From an uncultured Gammaproteobacteria bacterium (GTDB lineage: Bacteria; Patescibacteriota; Patescibacteriia; Magasanikbacterales; UBA922): a stretch of DNA of 64,000 nt. Positions 9,879 to 18,096 of this stretch are shown here, piece after piece (positions within the stretch are counted from its first letter, which is position 1; the number at the start of each line of letters is the position of its first letter). The notes below the pieces were generated by a model that searched no databases, was not told the origin of the DNA, and saw only the letters and a list, made by a program, of their open reading frames with translations. The position numbers and the translations under genes are program-made. The stretch covers positions 274,111-338,110 of the forward strand of contig CAZQXB010000001.1 in NCBI GenBank assembly GCA_964597575.1, in the 5' to 3' direction.

Positions 9879-11031
9879 GTTCCAAAAATCTTTTTTCTTT
9901 GATACTTTCTCGAATGTCTTTTGTCAGAGAAAGAAAGAAGTGGAGGTTGTGAATCGTTGCCAAACGGTAGGCGAGAAGTTCTTCAGCTCGAAAAAGATGG
10001 TGCAAATAACTCCTGGTAAATGTGCGGCAAGTGCTGCATGCACACGTTGGGTCAATAGGTTTTTTATCTTCACGAAATTCTGCGTTGGTAATAGAGAAGC
10101 GATATTTATTTTCTTTCGTCCCTCCAGTTTTTGGAGAAATAAATAAACTTCCATTCCGCGCCATCCGGCTTGGGGAAACACAGTCGAACATGTCTACTCC
10201 ATGTTCCACAACATCAAACAAATCACTTGGTGAAAAACCAAGGCCCATCGTGTAGCGTGGTTTATTTTCTGGAAGAAGTGGAGAGAGGTAGGAAAGAATA
10301 TCCCGTGTCGCTTCCATGTTGTATCCGATGGATTCTCCTCCTATGGCAATTCCGTCAAACGGCATGGCAGTAACAGCTTTTGCGCTCGCTTCGCGGAGTT
10401 CTTTGTGGTTTCCTCCTTGGATAATGCCGAATAAAAATTGACGATATCCGTGATACGACGTATTTTTTTGGTGTTCTTCAATACAACGCGCGGCCCAGCG
10501 GTGGGTGCGCTCCATGGCTTTTGTGGCGTAGGCGGTGTCGGCCGAATCCGGAGTGCATTCATCGAATGCCATAATAATATCTGCTCCTAATTTGTGCTGC
10601 ACCTCAATAGCGGATTCTGGAGTGAAGCGATGTTTGCTTCCGTCGATGTGTGAAGTAAATGTGACTCCGTCTTCGTCAATTGAAGTAAGTTTGTTTGCTC
10701 CTGCTTCTTTTTTTTCTTTTTGTGCACCTAAAGAAAAAACTTGAAATCCACCACTATCCGTTAAGATAGGCTTACCCCACTGCATGAATGTGTGCAATCC
10801 ACCGGCATTGCCAATGAGATCTTCTCCCGGGCGTAAATGGAGGTGATAGGTATTCGCTAAAATAATTTGCGCACCCAGTTCGTTTAGGTCGCGTGGGTCA
10901 AGGCTCTTTACGGTCGCCTGAGTTCCGACCGGCATAAATATGGGCGTTTCAATGTCGCCATGATCCGTATGAATAACCCCGGTGCGTGCACGAGTTTTGG
11001 AATCCTGTGAGGTGATTTCGAAAAAAGACAT
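9856..11031 (-). CDS. tgt: Queuine tRNA-ribosyltransferase
   Basis: MSFFEITSQD...ETPIFMPVGT start and the zinc-site region CxCxxC match Tgt. Start placed at the internal ATG 11031. Confidence 0.9.
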   Translation of the reverse strand: MSFFEITSQDSKTRARTGVIHTDHGDIETPIFMPVGTQATVKSLDPRDLNELGAQIILANTYHLHLRPGEDLIGNAGGLHTFMQWGKPILTDSGGFQVFSLGAQKEKKEAGANKLTSIDEDGVTFTSHIDGSKHRFTPESAIEVQHKLGADIIMAFDECTPDSADTAYATKAMERTHRWAARCIEEHQKNTSYHGYRQFLFGIIQGGNHKELREASAKAVTAMPFDGIAIGGESIGYNMEATRDILSYLSPLLPENKPRYTMGLGFSPSDLFDVVEHGVDMFDCVSPSRMARNGSLFISPKTGGTKENKYRFSITNAEFREDKKPIDPTCACSTCRTFTRSYLHHLFRAEELLAYRLATIHNLHFFLSLTKDIRESIKEKRFLELKKEWCN

Positions 11032-11098
11032 AGAAGAATAGTTGACCATAACAATACGGACTTTTGCGCCGCTTGGCAAGGTGGTCTACAATAGGGGT

Positions 11099-11905
11099 AT
11101 GTCAAAATCCACTCAAACACTCAATGCCGGTCTTATTGTAACGAGCATTCTTCTTTTGGGAGGAATTGTTTGGGTGTGGCCAAGCACGCAAGAATCGAGT
11201 GCCCCTGTAATAAAAACACCCTTTGTCGTTACGCGTCCCTCGACAACAACACCGCCTGCGCCGAGTACAAAACCATCTCCAGTGCCGCCTCCAACTCCGG
11301 AAACCCCATTTCCTGTACCCCCACCTACGGCTTCAATTAAAAATGAGGTACGTCTCGCGGTACCGTTTACTTCGCAAGCTCCAGAAAAAAATTGGGACGA
11401 GCCCTGGCAAAATGCCTGTGAAGAAGCAGCTCTTCTTATGCTTGATGCGTACTATAAGAAGTATCAGCTTTCACCCATTTTTGCTCGAGATGAGCTTCTC
11501 AAAGTTCTCGCCTATGAAGAAAATTTGGGATATGGGGGGAGTATTGATATGGAAAAAATAAAGAAGGTTGCGATTGAAACACTTCACTTAGACCGACACG
11601 GTACGTTAAAGATTATAGAGGATCCGGGTGTCGAAGATATTAAAGCCTATATTGCTGCGAAGAAACCAGTACTTGTGGTTGCTGACGGGAAGAAGTTGCC
11701 TAACCCTAATTTTCAAGGCGGTGGGCCGGCCTATCACGCTCTTATTATCACGGGGTATACGGAAGATACATTTATTACCAATGACCCAGGCACCCGACTC
11801 GGGAAAGATTTTGAATATCACATAGAAGATTTGATGGGTGCGATTCGTGACTGGAATGGGGGAAATGTAAAAACAGGAAGACGAGTTATTTTGGTGGTGG
11901 AGTAG
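11099..11905 (+). CDS. Membrane-anchored protein with Pro/Thr-rich linker and C39-like (Peptidase_C39_2) cysteine-peptidase domain
   Basis: Signal/TM region, then PxP-rich linker. Q..NW..PWQNAC then HALIITGY then NDPG follow the Gln/Cys/His/Asp order of the C39_2 family. Confidence 0.5.
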   Translation: MSKSTQTLNAGLIVTSILLLGGIVWVWPSTQESSAPVIKTPFVVTRPSTTTPPAPSTKPSPVPPPTPETPFPVPPPTASIKNEVRLAVPFTSQAPEKNWDEPWQNACEEAALLMLDAYYKKYQLSPIFARDELLKVLAYEENLGYGGSIDMEKIKKVAIETLHLDRHGTLKIIEDPGVEDIKAYIAAKKPVLVVADGKKLPNPNFQGGGPAYHALIITGYTEDTFITNDPGTRLGKDFEYHIEDLMGAIRDWNGGNVKTGRRVILVVE

Positions 11906-11915
11906 CAGTCCTAGC

Positions 11916-12084
11916 TTGACAGCTTTGATTCGTCGTGTTTTACTATTTTTATATATGAATACAAATCAGAAAAAATCTCTTTCAGTCCAGGCTTGGTGGG
12001 CCACGAATCGTCTGTCGTGGTGTTTCTGATTTGGTAAGATTATTTCTTAAAATCAAGCGCCCCGATAGTGGGGCGTTTCTATTT
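11916..12084 (+). promoter_or_regulatory. Candidate leader-peptide attenuator: promoter, 24-codon ORF with three Trp codons (two in tandem), intrinsic terminator
   Basis: TTGACA at 11916-11921. ORF 11955-12029 reads MNTNQKKSLSVQAWWATNRLSWCF. Hairpin cgcccc-gatagt-ggggcg plus T-run at 12058-12084. Stem aaatcagaaa/tttctgattt brackets the Trp codons. Confidence 0.35.
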
Positions 12085-12158
12085 GGTTTCGGCGAGAGGA
12101 GGAGGGTCTCGCTGGCACCAAATGATGAAATATCGTTTGCGTCCAGAGGGAGGTTCGA

Positions 12159-12926
12159 ATGTCGAACAAGGAAGCTTTTTTTGCTCTGCACACGTTCAAT
12201 CCGGCACTTGCCGGAGCCGTGGGCGCTGAGAGGGAGTTGTTTATCATCGAGAACGGAGTGCTGGTGCCGCGGGCTCCAGAAGTTCTGTCAGCCCTGTCTC
12301 ATGATCCTCGGTGGACGTACGAGCTGAGCGCTTGTCAGGTGGAATGCCGTACCACGCCAACGCATGATCCCTGGGAGTTGGTACGCGAACTGTGCGAACT
12401 TCGGCATCAAGTTGTCGGGGTCGCGAGACCGCTTGGGCTCGACGTGCTCTCTATGGAAGTGGCCCCGGCTACGATTCCACGAGAGGTATATCCCGACCCG
12501 AGATATGCGACCCTCTCAACCACCTTGCCTGAGGATCGGTTCCTTGCCGCGCTTCGTGTTGCCGGCACGCACGTTCATGTTGGTTGCGCGAATCTGGAAG
12601 AGGCTGTGAGAGTTCATGATGCACTCGTGGAGCATCTCGAGGAGCTTATCGCTCTCGGAAACTTTTCGGGCGGTGAGCGAATTCGTTTGTATGAGCGTGT
12701 CACGGCTCCGCATACCTATCCGCATTGTTACGGATCAGTAGATGCCTACTACGAAGATGCGGTTCGCTGCAATTTCACTTTGCAGCTTCGCAATAATTGG
12801 CATTTGATCCGCATTTCTCGGTACGGCACGGTTGAGGTAAGAGCGTTTGGTTCCCCTTTGTGTAACAGTAAAGTCGGGGACTGGGCTGCTCGTATCCAAG
12901 AGATCCGTGCCAACGCCATACGGTAG
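12159..12926 (+). CDS. Carboxylate-amine ligase of the YbdK/GCS2 (glutamate-cysteine ligase family 2) type; high-GC codon usage
   Basis: ERELFII..ELSACQVECRTTP, HVHVGC and GTVEVRAFGSP match GCS2 motifs. RBS agggagg. Shorter than E. coli YbdK at the C-terminus. Confidence 0.7.
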   Translation: MSNKEAFFALHTFNPALAGAVGAERELFIIENGVLVPRAPEVLSALSHDPRWTYELSACQVECRTTPTHDPWELVRELCELRHQVVGVARPLGLDVLSMEVAPATIPREVYPDPRYATLSTTLPEDRFLAALRVAGTHVHVGCANLEEAVRVHDALVEHLEELIALGNFSGGERIRLYERVTAPHTYPHCYGSVDAYYEDAVRCNFTLQLRNNWHLIRISRYGTVEVRAFGSPLCNSKVGDWAARIQEIRANAIR

Positions 12927-13013
12927 TACGAGAGGAGAAAAAATCTCAGACTCTCGTACTACCTCCCCCTCCAATGTATTTCCCTTTAAAATATGATACG
13001 ATAGAAGCGTTTT

Positions 13014-13766
13014 ATGAAACCCATTCTTCTTGTACAATTTCGTACAGACCTAACTGGCCCACATGAAATCTCTTGCTTTAGAAGTGAATTTGATGCGGTA
13101 GGCGCTTCTCTTGAAACAGTTAATGCTGTTACTGAAGCGCTTCCCTCTGATCTTTCTATCTATTCAGGAATTATCTTGGGAGGAAGTGGCGAATTTTATT
13201 TATCTGAAGGTCATGGTGCTGGGACATGGCAAGAAGCGACATTTGCATTGATCGAACGAGCAAGACAACAGTCTGTTCCCCTTTTGGGTATTTGTTTTGG
13301 TTTTCAACTTCTAGGGATGGCGTATGGAGCAACTATCGTGCGGAATGAAAGTATGAGGGAAACCGGTACTTTTCTCGTTACGCAATATAAAGAAGGGGCG
13401 AGTGATGAGCTTTTGTCTTTGGCACCAGAAACATTCTTAGCGCAATTTGCTCACAAAGATTCTTTGATTAATTTTCCACCCTCGGTCATTGTACTTGCTA
13501 AATCAGAACGTGTTGCAGTTGAGGCATTTCGTGTGAGGGGTAGGGATCAGTGGGGCTTCTTGTTCCATCCGGAGTTAAATAAAAAACGTATGAGCGAACG
13601 ATTGTCCTTACTCCCAAGTTATGCTGGTGGTAATTCAGTTGATGCTCTTTTAGAGTCTTTTCACGATACCCCGGCTGCCACCGATCTTCTTCATGCTTTT
13701 ATTAAGTATGCCCAGAATCGAAATGGAAGTATTTCCCTCTCTCAAGAGGAAGCCGTTACGGTATGA
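13014..13766 (+). CDS. Class-I glutamine amidotransferase domain protein (GMP-synthase-like GATase / C26-type)
   Basis: Catalytic Cys motif LLGICFGFQLL and FHPE histidine motif. Confidence 0.75.
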   Translation: MKPILLVQFRTDLTGPHEISCFRSEFDAVGASLETVNAVTEALPSDLSIYSGIILGGSGEFYLSEGHGAGTWQEATFALIERARQQSVPLLGICFGFQLLGMAYGATIVRNESMRETGTFLVTQYKEGASDELLSLAPETFLAQFAHKDSLINFPPSVIVLAKSERVAVEAFRVRGRDQWGFLFHPELNKKRMSERLSLLPSYAGGNSVDALLESFHDTPAATDLLHAFIKYAQNRNGSISLSQEEAVTV

Positions 13767-15853
13767 TTGATTTTGCCAAAGAGCTTAATAGTGAACAGTT
13801 GGCCGTCGTAGAACACGGTGATGGCCCGTGTTTGGTTTTGGCAGGCGCTGGCAGTGGAAAAACCAGAACGATTACGTACCGCGTGGCGTACTTACTTCAA
13901 AACGGTGTTCTTCCTGAAGAAATTTTACTTGTCACATTTACGAATAAAGCCGCGAGAGAAATGACCAGTCGTGTGGAAATGCTCACCAACATGACGAAGC
14001 GTCTTCCCTGGTCAGGAACGTTTCACCATATTGGATTTCGGTTACTCAAACAGTACGCAGCTCTTTTGGGGTATCAACCGAATTTTACGATTCTCGATAG
14101 TGAAGATAGTTTAGACTTACTGAAACTCTGTTTAAAGTACGAAGGAATTGAGCGCAAAGATAAACATTTTCCATCTCCCCAAGTACTTCATGGTCTTATT
14201 AGTTTTGCGCGGAATGCTGAAACCACGCTTGAACACGTGCTTGATGCTAAACATCCACAATGGCTTTCTATTTCCGAAACACTGGTTCGCGTAGCCGAAA
14301 GTTATGAACAAAGAAAACGAAAAGCGAATGCGATGGATTTTGACGATCTCCTCACGAACACCTATTTGCTTCTGTTAAAAAACGAACGTGTACGGGAAAA
14401 GTTTGCCACACAGTTTCGCTATGTGCTCGTTGACGAGTATCAGGATACGAATAAAATCCAAGCTTCAATTGTGCGGCTTTTTTCATCACACCACAAAAAT
14501 TTACTTGTAGTAGGGGATGATGCGCAGAGTATCTACTCATTCCGTGCCGCAGATATTGCGAACATCTTAGATTTTTCTAAAACATTTCCGGAAGCGCAGG
14601 TATTTCGTTTGGAAACAAATTATCGTTCTACTCCAAATATTTTGTCGCTCGCAAATGAGGTGATTGCGAATAACATAAAGCAGCACAGAAAAACACTCAA
14701 AAGTGTTTTGCCGGAATTTGCTCGACCAGAAGTACATGCCTTTACCGATGCGCGTGAGGAGGCGGAATTTGTGGTAAGTCGAATCCAAGAATTACAGGAA
14801 GAAGGCGTACCCCTTCAGGAAATGGCAGTATTATTTCGCGCAGCATTTCATTCCCAAGCGATCGAAATGGAGTTAACCAAACGGGGTATTCCGTACGACT
14901 ACCGTGGTGGAACGCGCTTTTTCGAGCGCGCACACGTGAAAGATGTGTTAGCGTACCTTCGTATTTTCCATAATTCTAAAGACACGATTGCGTGGAGTCG
15001 TGTTCTTGCTATGCAATCGGGAATTGGTCCCGCAGCCATACAGAAAATTCTTCAAGTGCTCGAGATGTTCTCAACACCTCCTACATTTTTTGATATCCGT
15101 CATTTGGGCGCAGAACTTCCTGCGCGAGCACAGCTCGGGTGGAACGATGTGCTCAAAGCCTGGGAGGCTGTTGAGGCGACGAAGACAGAAGCCGGAGCAG
15201 TACTTCCGGGTGATGCTATCTGGGCGATTTTAGAAAGCGTCTATCGGACGTATGCAGAACATGAATTTCCGGACGCTCGGGAGCGATTGCAAGATATTGA
15301 GCAGTTAGCGAACTTTGCAGAGGCGGCAAATAAACGGGAAGAGGATCAATTGAAAGCACTCGAAATATTTTTGGCGGAAGCAAGTTTACAAGAAAGTTTT
15401 ACTGCCGCTCAGGCTCGTAAAACTTTGGATGCAGAAGAAAAGCTCACTCTCTCGACTATCCATCAGGCAAAAGGCTTAGAGTGGGAAGCGGTATTCGTGG
15501 TGCATCTTGCAGCTGGGCAATTTCCTTCTGACCGATCGCTCAAAACAGATCAGGGGCTCGAAGAAGAGCGACGGCTTTTTTATGTGGCGGTCACCCGGGC
15601 CAAAAAACATTTGGCCATGTCGTATCCGCTTGTTGGTGGCTTTGATACGACCCTTCAAGGCCCCAGTCTCTTTTTAGAGGAAATTGACCGTGAGTTATAT
15701 GATGATCACGGGGTGCGCTCGATCGCACCACTTACCGCATTTCGAGATTTAGCAGACCCTATAGAGGGGATTACCTACGAAGCGGAAGATGAACCGTTTT
15801 CTACCAAAAAGAAGCGCCCAACCTCATTTTTGTCGAGTATTGATGATCTTTGA
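13763..15853 (+). CDS. ATP-dependent DNA helicase UvrD/PcrA family
   Basis: Walker A AGAGSGKTRTI, VDEYQDTN, and C-terminal helicase motifs. Confidence 0.9.
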   Translation: MIDFAKELNSEQLAVVEHGDGPCLVLAGAGSGKTRTITYRVAYLLQNGVLPEEILLVTFTNKAAREMTSRVEMLTNMTKRLPWSGTFHHIGFRLLKQYAALLGYQPNFTILDSEDSLDLLKLCLKYEGIERKDKHFPSPQVLHGLISFARNAETTLEHVLDAKHPQWLSISETLVRVAESYEQRKRKANAMDFDDLLTNTYLLLLKNERVREKFATQFRYVLVDEYQDTNKIQASIVRLFSSHHKNLLVVGDDAQSIYSFRAADIANILDFSKTFPEAQVFRLETNYRSTPNILSLANEVIANNIKQHRKTLKSVLPEFARPEVHAFTDAREEAEFVVSRIQELQEEGVPLQEMAVLFRAAFHSQAIEMELTKRGIPYDYRGGTRFFERAHVKDVLAYLRIFHNSKDTIAWSRVLAMQSGIGPAAIQKILQVLEMFSTPPTFFDIRHLGAELPARAQLGWNDVLKAWEAVEATKTEAGAVLPGDAIWAILESVYRTYAEHEFPDARERLQDIEQLANFAEAANKREEDQLKALEIFLAEASLQESFTAAQARKTLDAEEKLTLSTIHQAKGLEWEAVFVVHLAAGQFPSDRSLKTDQGLEEERRLFYVAVTRAKKHLAMSYPLVGGFDTTLQGPSLFLEEIDRELYDDHGVRSIAPLTAFRDLADPIEGITYEAEDEPFSTKKKRPTSFLSSIDDL

Positions 15854-15879
15854 TTTTCGGAGTTTTTTCATTTTCATCG

Positions 15880-15908
15880 TTGACAAAGCCATTTTTAAGT
15901 GGTATACT
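15880..15908 (+). promoter_or_regulatory. Sigma-70-type promoter for ndk
   Basis: TTGACA-17 bp-TATACT. Confidence 0.55.
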
Positions 15909-15933
15909 CGAAAAAATTATCTTACTTGCTTCT

Positions 15934-16536
15934 ATGAATCATCCAAAGAAAGAGCGTTCGTTTGTCATGATTAAGCCAGACGGCGTACAGCGCGGTTTGA
16001 TCGGTTCTATTATTTCTCGTTTTGAACGCACCGGGTTAAAGTTGGTTTCTCTAAAGATGATGCTCGGTACTGAAGATCAATGCTGGAAACACTACAATAA
16101 AGACGATGCGTGGTTTCTTGCGAAGGGAACGATTACGGTACAGAATTTAACAGAAAAGGGTATTGAGGTGACCAAAGAGCCGATTGAATACGGAAAAGAT
16201 ATCTTACGAGGGAATGTGGTATTCATGACTTCTGGCCCAATGATTGCTATGGTTTGGGAAGGAAACCAGGCGGTAGCGGTAGTGAAGAAGCTTGTGGGTT
16301 CAACTGAACCAACGAGCTCAGACGTTGGAACGATTCGTGGAGATTTTACACTTGATTCTTACTCTCTTGCGAATATCGATGGACGTGCAGTACGTAACTT
16401 GGTTCATTGCTCAGATAAACCTGAAGAAGCAGAACGTGAGATCGAAATTTGGCTTGGTAAAGAGGATTTATATAAGTATCGTAATATTCAAGAAGAAATC
16501 TTATACGATGTAAATTTAGATGGAATTCTTGAATAA
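15934..16536 (+). CDS. ndk: Nucleoside diphosphate kinase with ~30-aa internal insertion and C-terminal extension
   Basis: RSFVMIKPDGVQRGLIGSIISRFE and SGPMIAMVWEG motifs. Insertion lies between the KHY and GPM regions. Confidence 0.85.
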   Translation: MNHPKKERSFVMIKPDGVQRGLIGSIISRFERTGLKLVSLKMMLGTEDQCWKHYNKDDAWFLAKGTITVQNLTEKGIEVTKEPIEYGKDILRGNVVFMTSGPMIAMVWEGNQAVAVVKKLVGSTEPTSSDVGTIRGDFTLDSYSLANIDGRAVRNLVHCSDKPEEAEREIEIWLGKEDLYKYRNIQEEILYDVNLDGILE

Positions 16537-16683
16537 GGCAGGAAATTGTGGATAATTTTCTTGACGAATTATCTTTTGCCCGGTAGTCTACATTCATTCA
16601 CCACTATGAAAAATGCGCAAAACAATTTCATTTGCCACATTCTCGATTCAAAACCGGGAGCGTTTGTGTGCCTTTCAACTAAG

Positions 16684-16776
16684 ATGGTCAACACTTACAC
16701 CTTTACCGGTTCCGGGGTGGCTCGTTCGTGTGGTGGATGCGGCAACGATTGTCAATGTGGAAGCTGCAAACCATAA
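16684..16776 (+). CDS. Candidate 30-aa cysteine-rich peptide (MVNTYTFTGSGVARSCGGCGNDCQCGSCKP)
   Basis: Short ORF with 6 Cys in its last 15 residues, followed immediately by a strong terminator. No obvious Shine-Dalgarno sequence. Confidence 0.3.
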   Translation: MVNTYTFTGSGVARSCGGCGNDCQCGSCKP

Positions 16777-16793
16777 TTACGAAAACGATAAAA

Positions 16794-16826
16794 GCCACCC
16801 CGAGAAATCGGGGTGGTTTCTTTTGG
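16794..16826 (+). terminator. Rho-independent terminator
   Basis: gccacccc-gagaaatc-ggggtggt hairpin then ttcttttgg. Confidence 0.6.
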
Positions 16827-16994
16827 GAAGGTTTTCTAAAAAAGTTTGTGGGTAGCACTTAGCTGAAGAAGGGGATCATCTAAGTGCTACCGGACCTTAT
16901 GAGAGGGATACAAAGTTTGAACGGCAATGGCTGTTCAGCTCCGGTGCACAAACGGCAACGCAAACAATTCACCTCAACGACAAGGAGAAGAGTC

Positions 16995-17183
16995 ATGCGC
17001 ACCCAATTCGAGATCGATCCTGATGCGCCCAAGCCAGATCAAGATCGGGCCGCTCAGCTGCTGAGCTCTCTCGGCTCCTCCGGGATGGAGCGACGCCTCT
17101 TGGCACGGGATCTGCCGGAGGGAATCGTCGCCATCAGTGATGGGGACGAGATTCGTCGGGAGGATCTTCTTCGGGAGAAGTGA
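16995..17183 (+). CDS. Small acidic hypothetical protein (62 aa), high-GC codon usage
   Basis: RBS aaggag 8 nt upstream; GC3-rich codons unlike neighbouring genes. Confidence 0.3.
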   Translation: MRTQFEIDPDAPKPDQDRAAQLLSSLGSSGMERRLLARDLPEGIVAISDGDEIRREDLLREK

Positions 17184-17199
17184 TCAAGGAGGGCGCAGG

Positions 17200-17538
17200 G
17201 TGCTTCCTGCGGATCGGTCTCGTGCCATGCACGCGACAGGTCGGAAGAGCAATTGCGTTGCCTTCCCCAACGACATTCGGACCACGGTCCGGTTGTTGTG
17301 CGGGAAAGAAACAATTTTACCAAAGAGAGAGGGGTATCGCTTGAAAAGTGGTACTGGTAAGGTAAAGAGGGGTGATAGGCGGATGACGCCTGCTGATCAC
17401 GACGAGCTCAGCCTCATGAGAGCGGCTCGCGAGGAGGCTATGAAGCGGCCAGAGGCTTCTAGAGTAGTGCGGCATCTGGAGGATGCGATCAAGATGAAGG
17501 AGGAGTGGATCAATGGACAACGGGGAAGCAAACCCTAG
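17200..17538 (+). CDS. Small basic hypothetical protein, high-GC (GTG start after aaggaggg; alternatively a 51-aa product from ATG 17383)
   Basis: RBS followed by an ORF with GC3-rich codons. Confidence 0.25.
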   Translation: MLPADRSRAMHATGRKSNCVAFPNDIRTTVRLLCGKETILPKREGYRLKSGTGKVKRGDRRMTPADHDELSLMRAAREEAMKRPEASRVVRHLEDAIKMKEEWINGQRGSKP

Positions 17539-17659
17539 CTTCGGAGGAACCATCAGTCTTCACGAGCTCGTGAATCCGGGTCAGATCGACCAGAAGAACG
17601 AGCAGTCGGTCGATGAGGTTCCGGCACCCGCGGAAGAAGACACCGCGACGGCCACCTAG
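17513..17659 (+). CDS. Small acidic hypothetical protein (48 aa), high-GC
   Basis: RBS aggagg then ATG; ends TAG; terminator hairpin downstream. Confidence 0.25.
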   Translation: MDNGEANPSFGGTISLHELVNPGQIDQKNEQSVDEVPAPAEEDTATAT

Positions 17660-17690
17660 ATGGCCACACACCCATCACAGCTTGTCTGTG

Positions 17691-17730
17691 GGCCCCGGCT
17701 ATCGCACCTTGCGAGACGCCGGGCTTTTTC
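17691..17730 (+). terminator. Terminator after the GC-rich small-ORF cluster
   Basis: cccggc...gccggg stem followed by ctttttc. Confidence 0.45.
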
Positions 17731-18003
17731 ATTAAAAAAGGGTTTATTTATCCACACTTGCCAGCCTTTTTTCGTGGCGGTATAGTACCTATGATCTTGT
17801 CTATGGTGGATCGAAATTCATATTCTACAATAGATTCTTCTAGGGAAACCTATATTGCCTGTGCCCTTGGGCGCTCGCTGCGGTTACCCACCTACATCGT
17901 AGGGATAGAGAATCTCGTCTGCCTAGATGAGGTCACGAAAGCCAACCACCCCAAAAGGGTTGTTTTTTGTTTTTCTTTATGCTAGAGTACGTGCACAAAA
18001 AAT

Positions 18004-18077
18004 CGGGCTATAGCGCAGTTGGCTAGCGCGCATGCATGGGGTGCATGAGGTCGTGGGTTCAAGTCCCGCTAGCCCGA
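18004..18077 (+). tRNA. tRNA-Pro (anticodon GGG)
   Basis: Acceptor CGGGCTA/TAGCCCG, anticodon stem CATGC/GCATG with loop ATGGGGT, T-arm GTGGG-TTCAAGT-CCCGC. Confidence 0.85.
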
Positions 18078-18096
18078 CAAAAGTAAAAAAGAAATT

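Noticed and set aside
12735-13037. 100-aa minus-strand ORF
   Set aside because: It overlaps the 3' end of the GCS2 gene and the start of the GATase gene, and it lacks signals.
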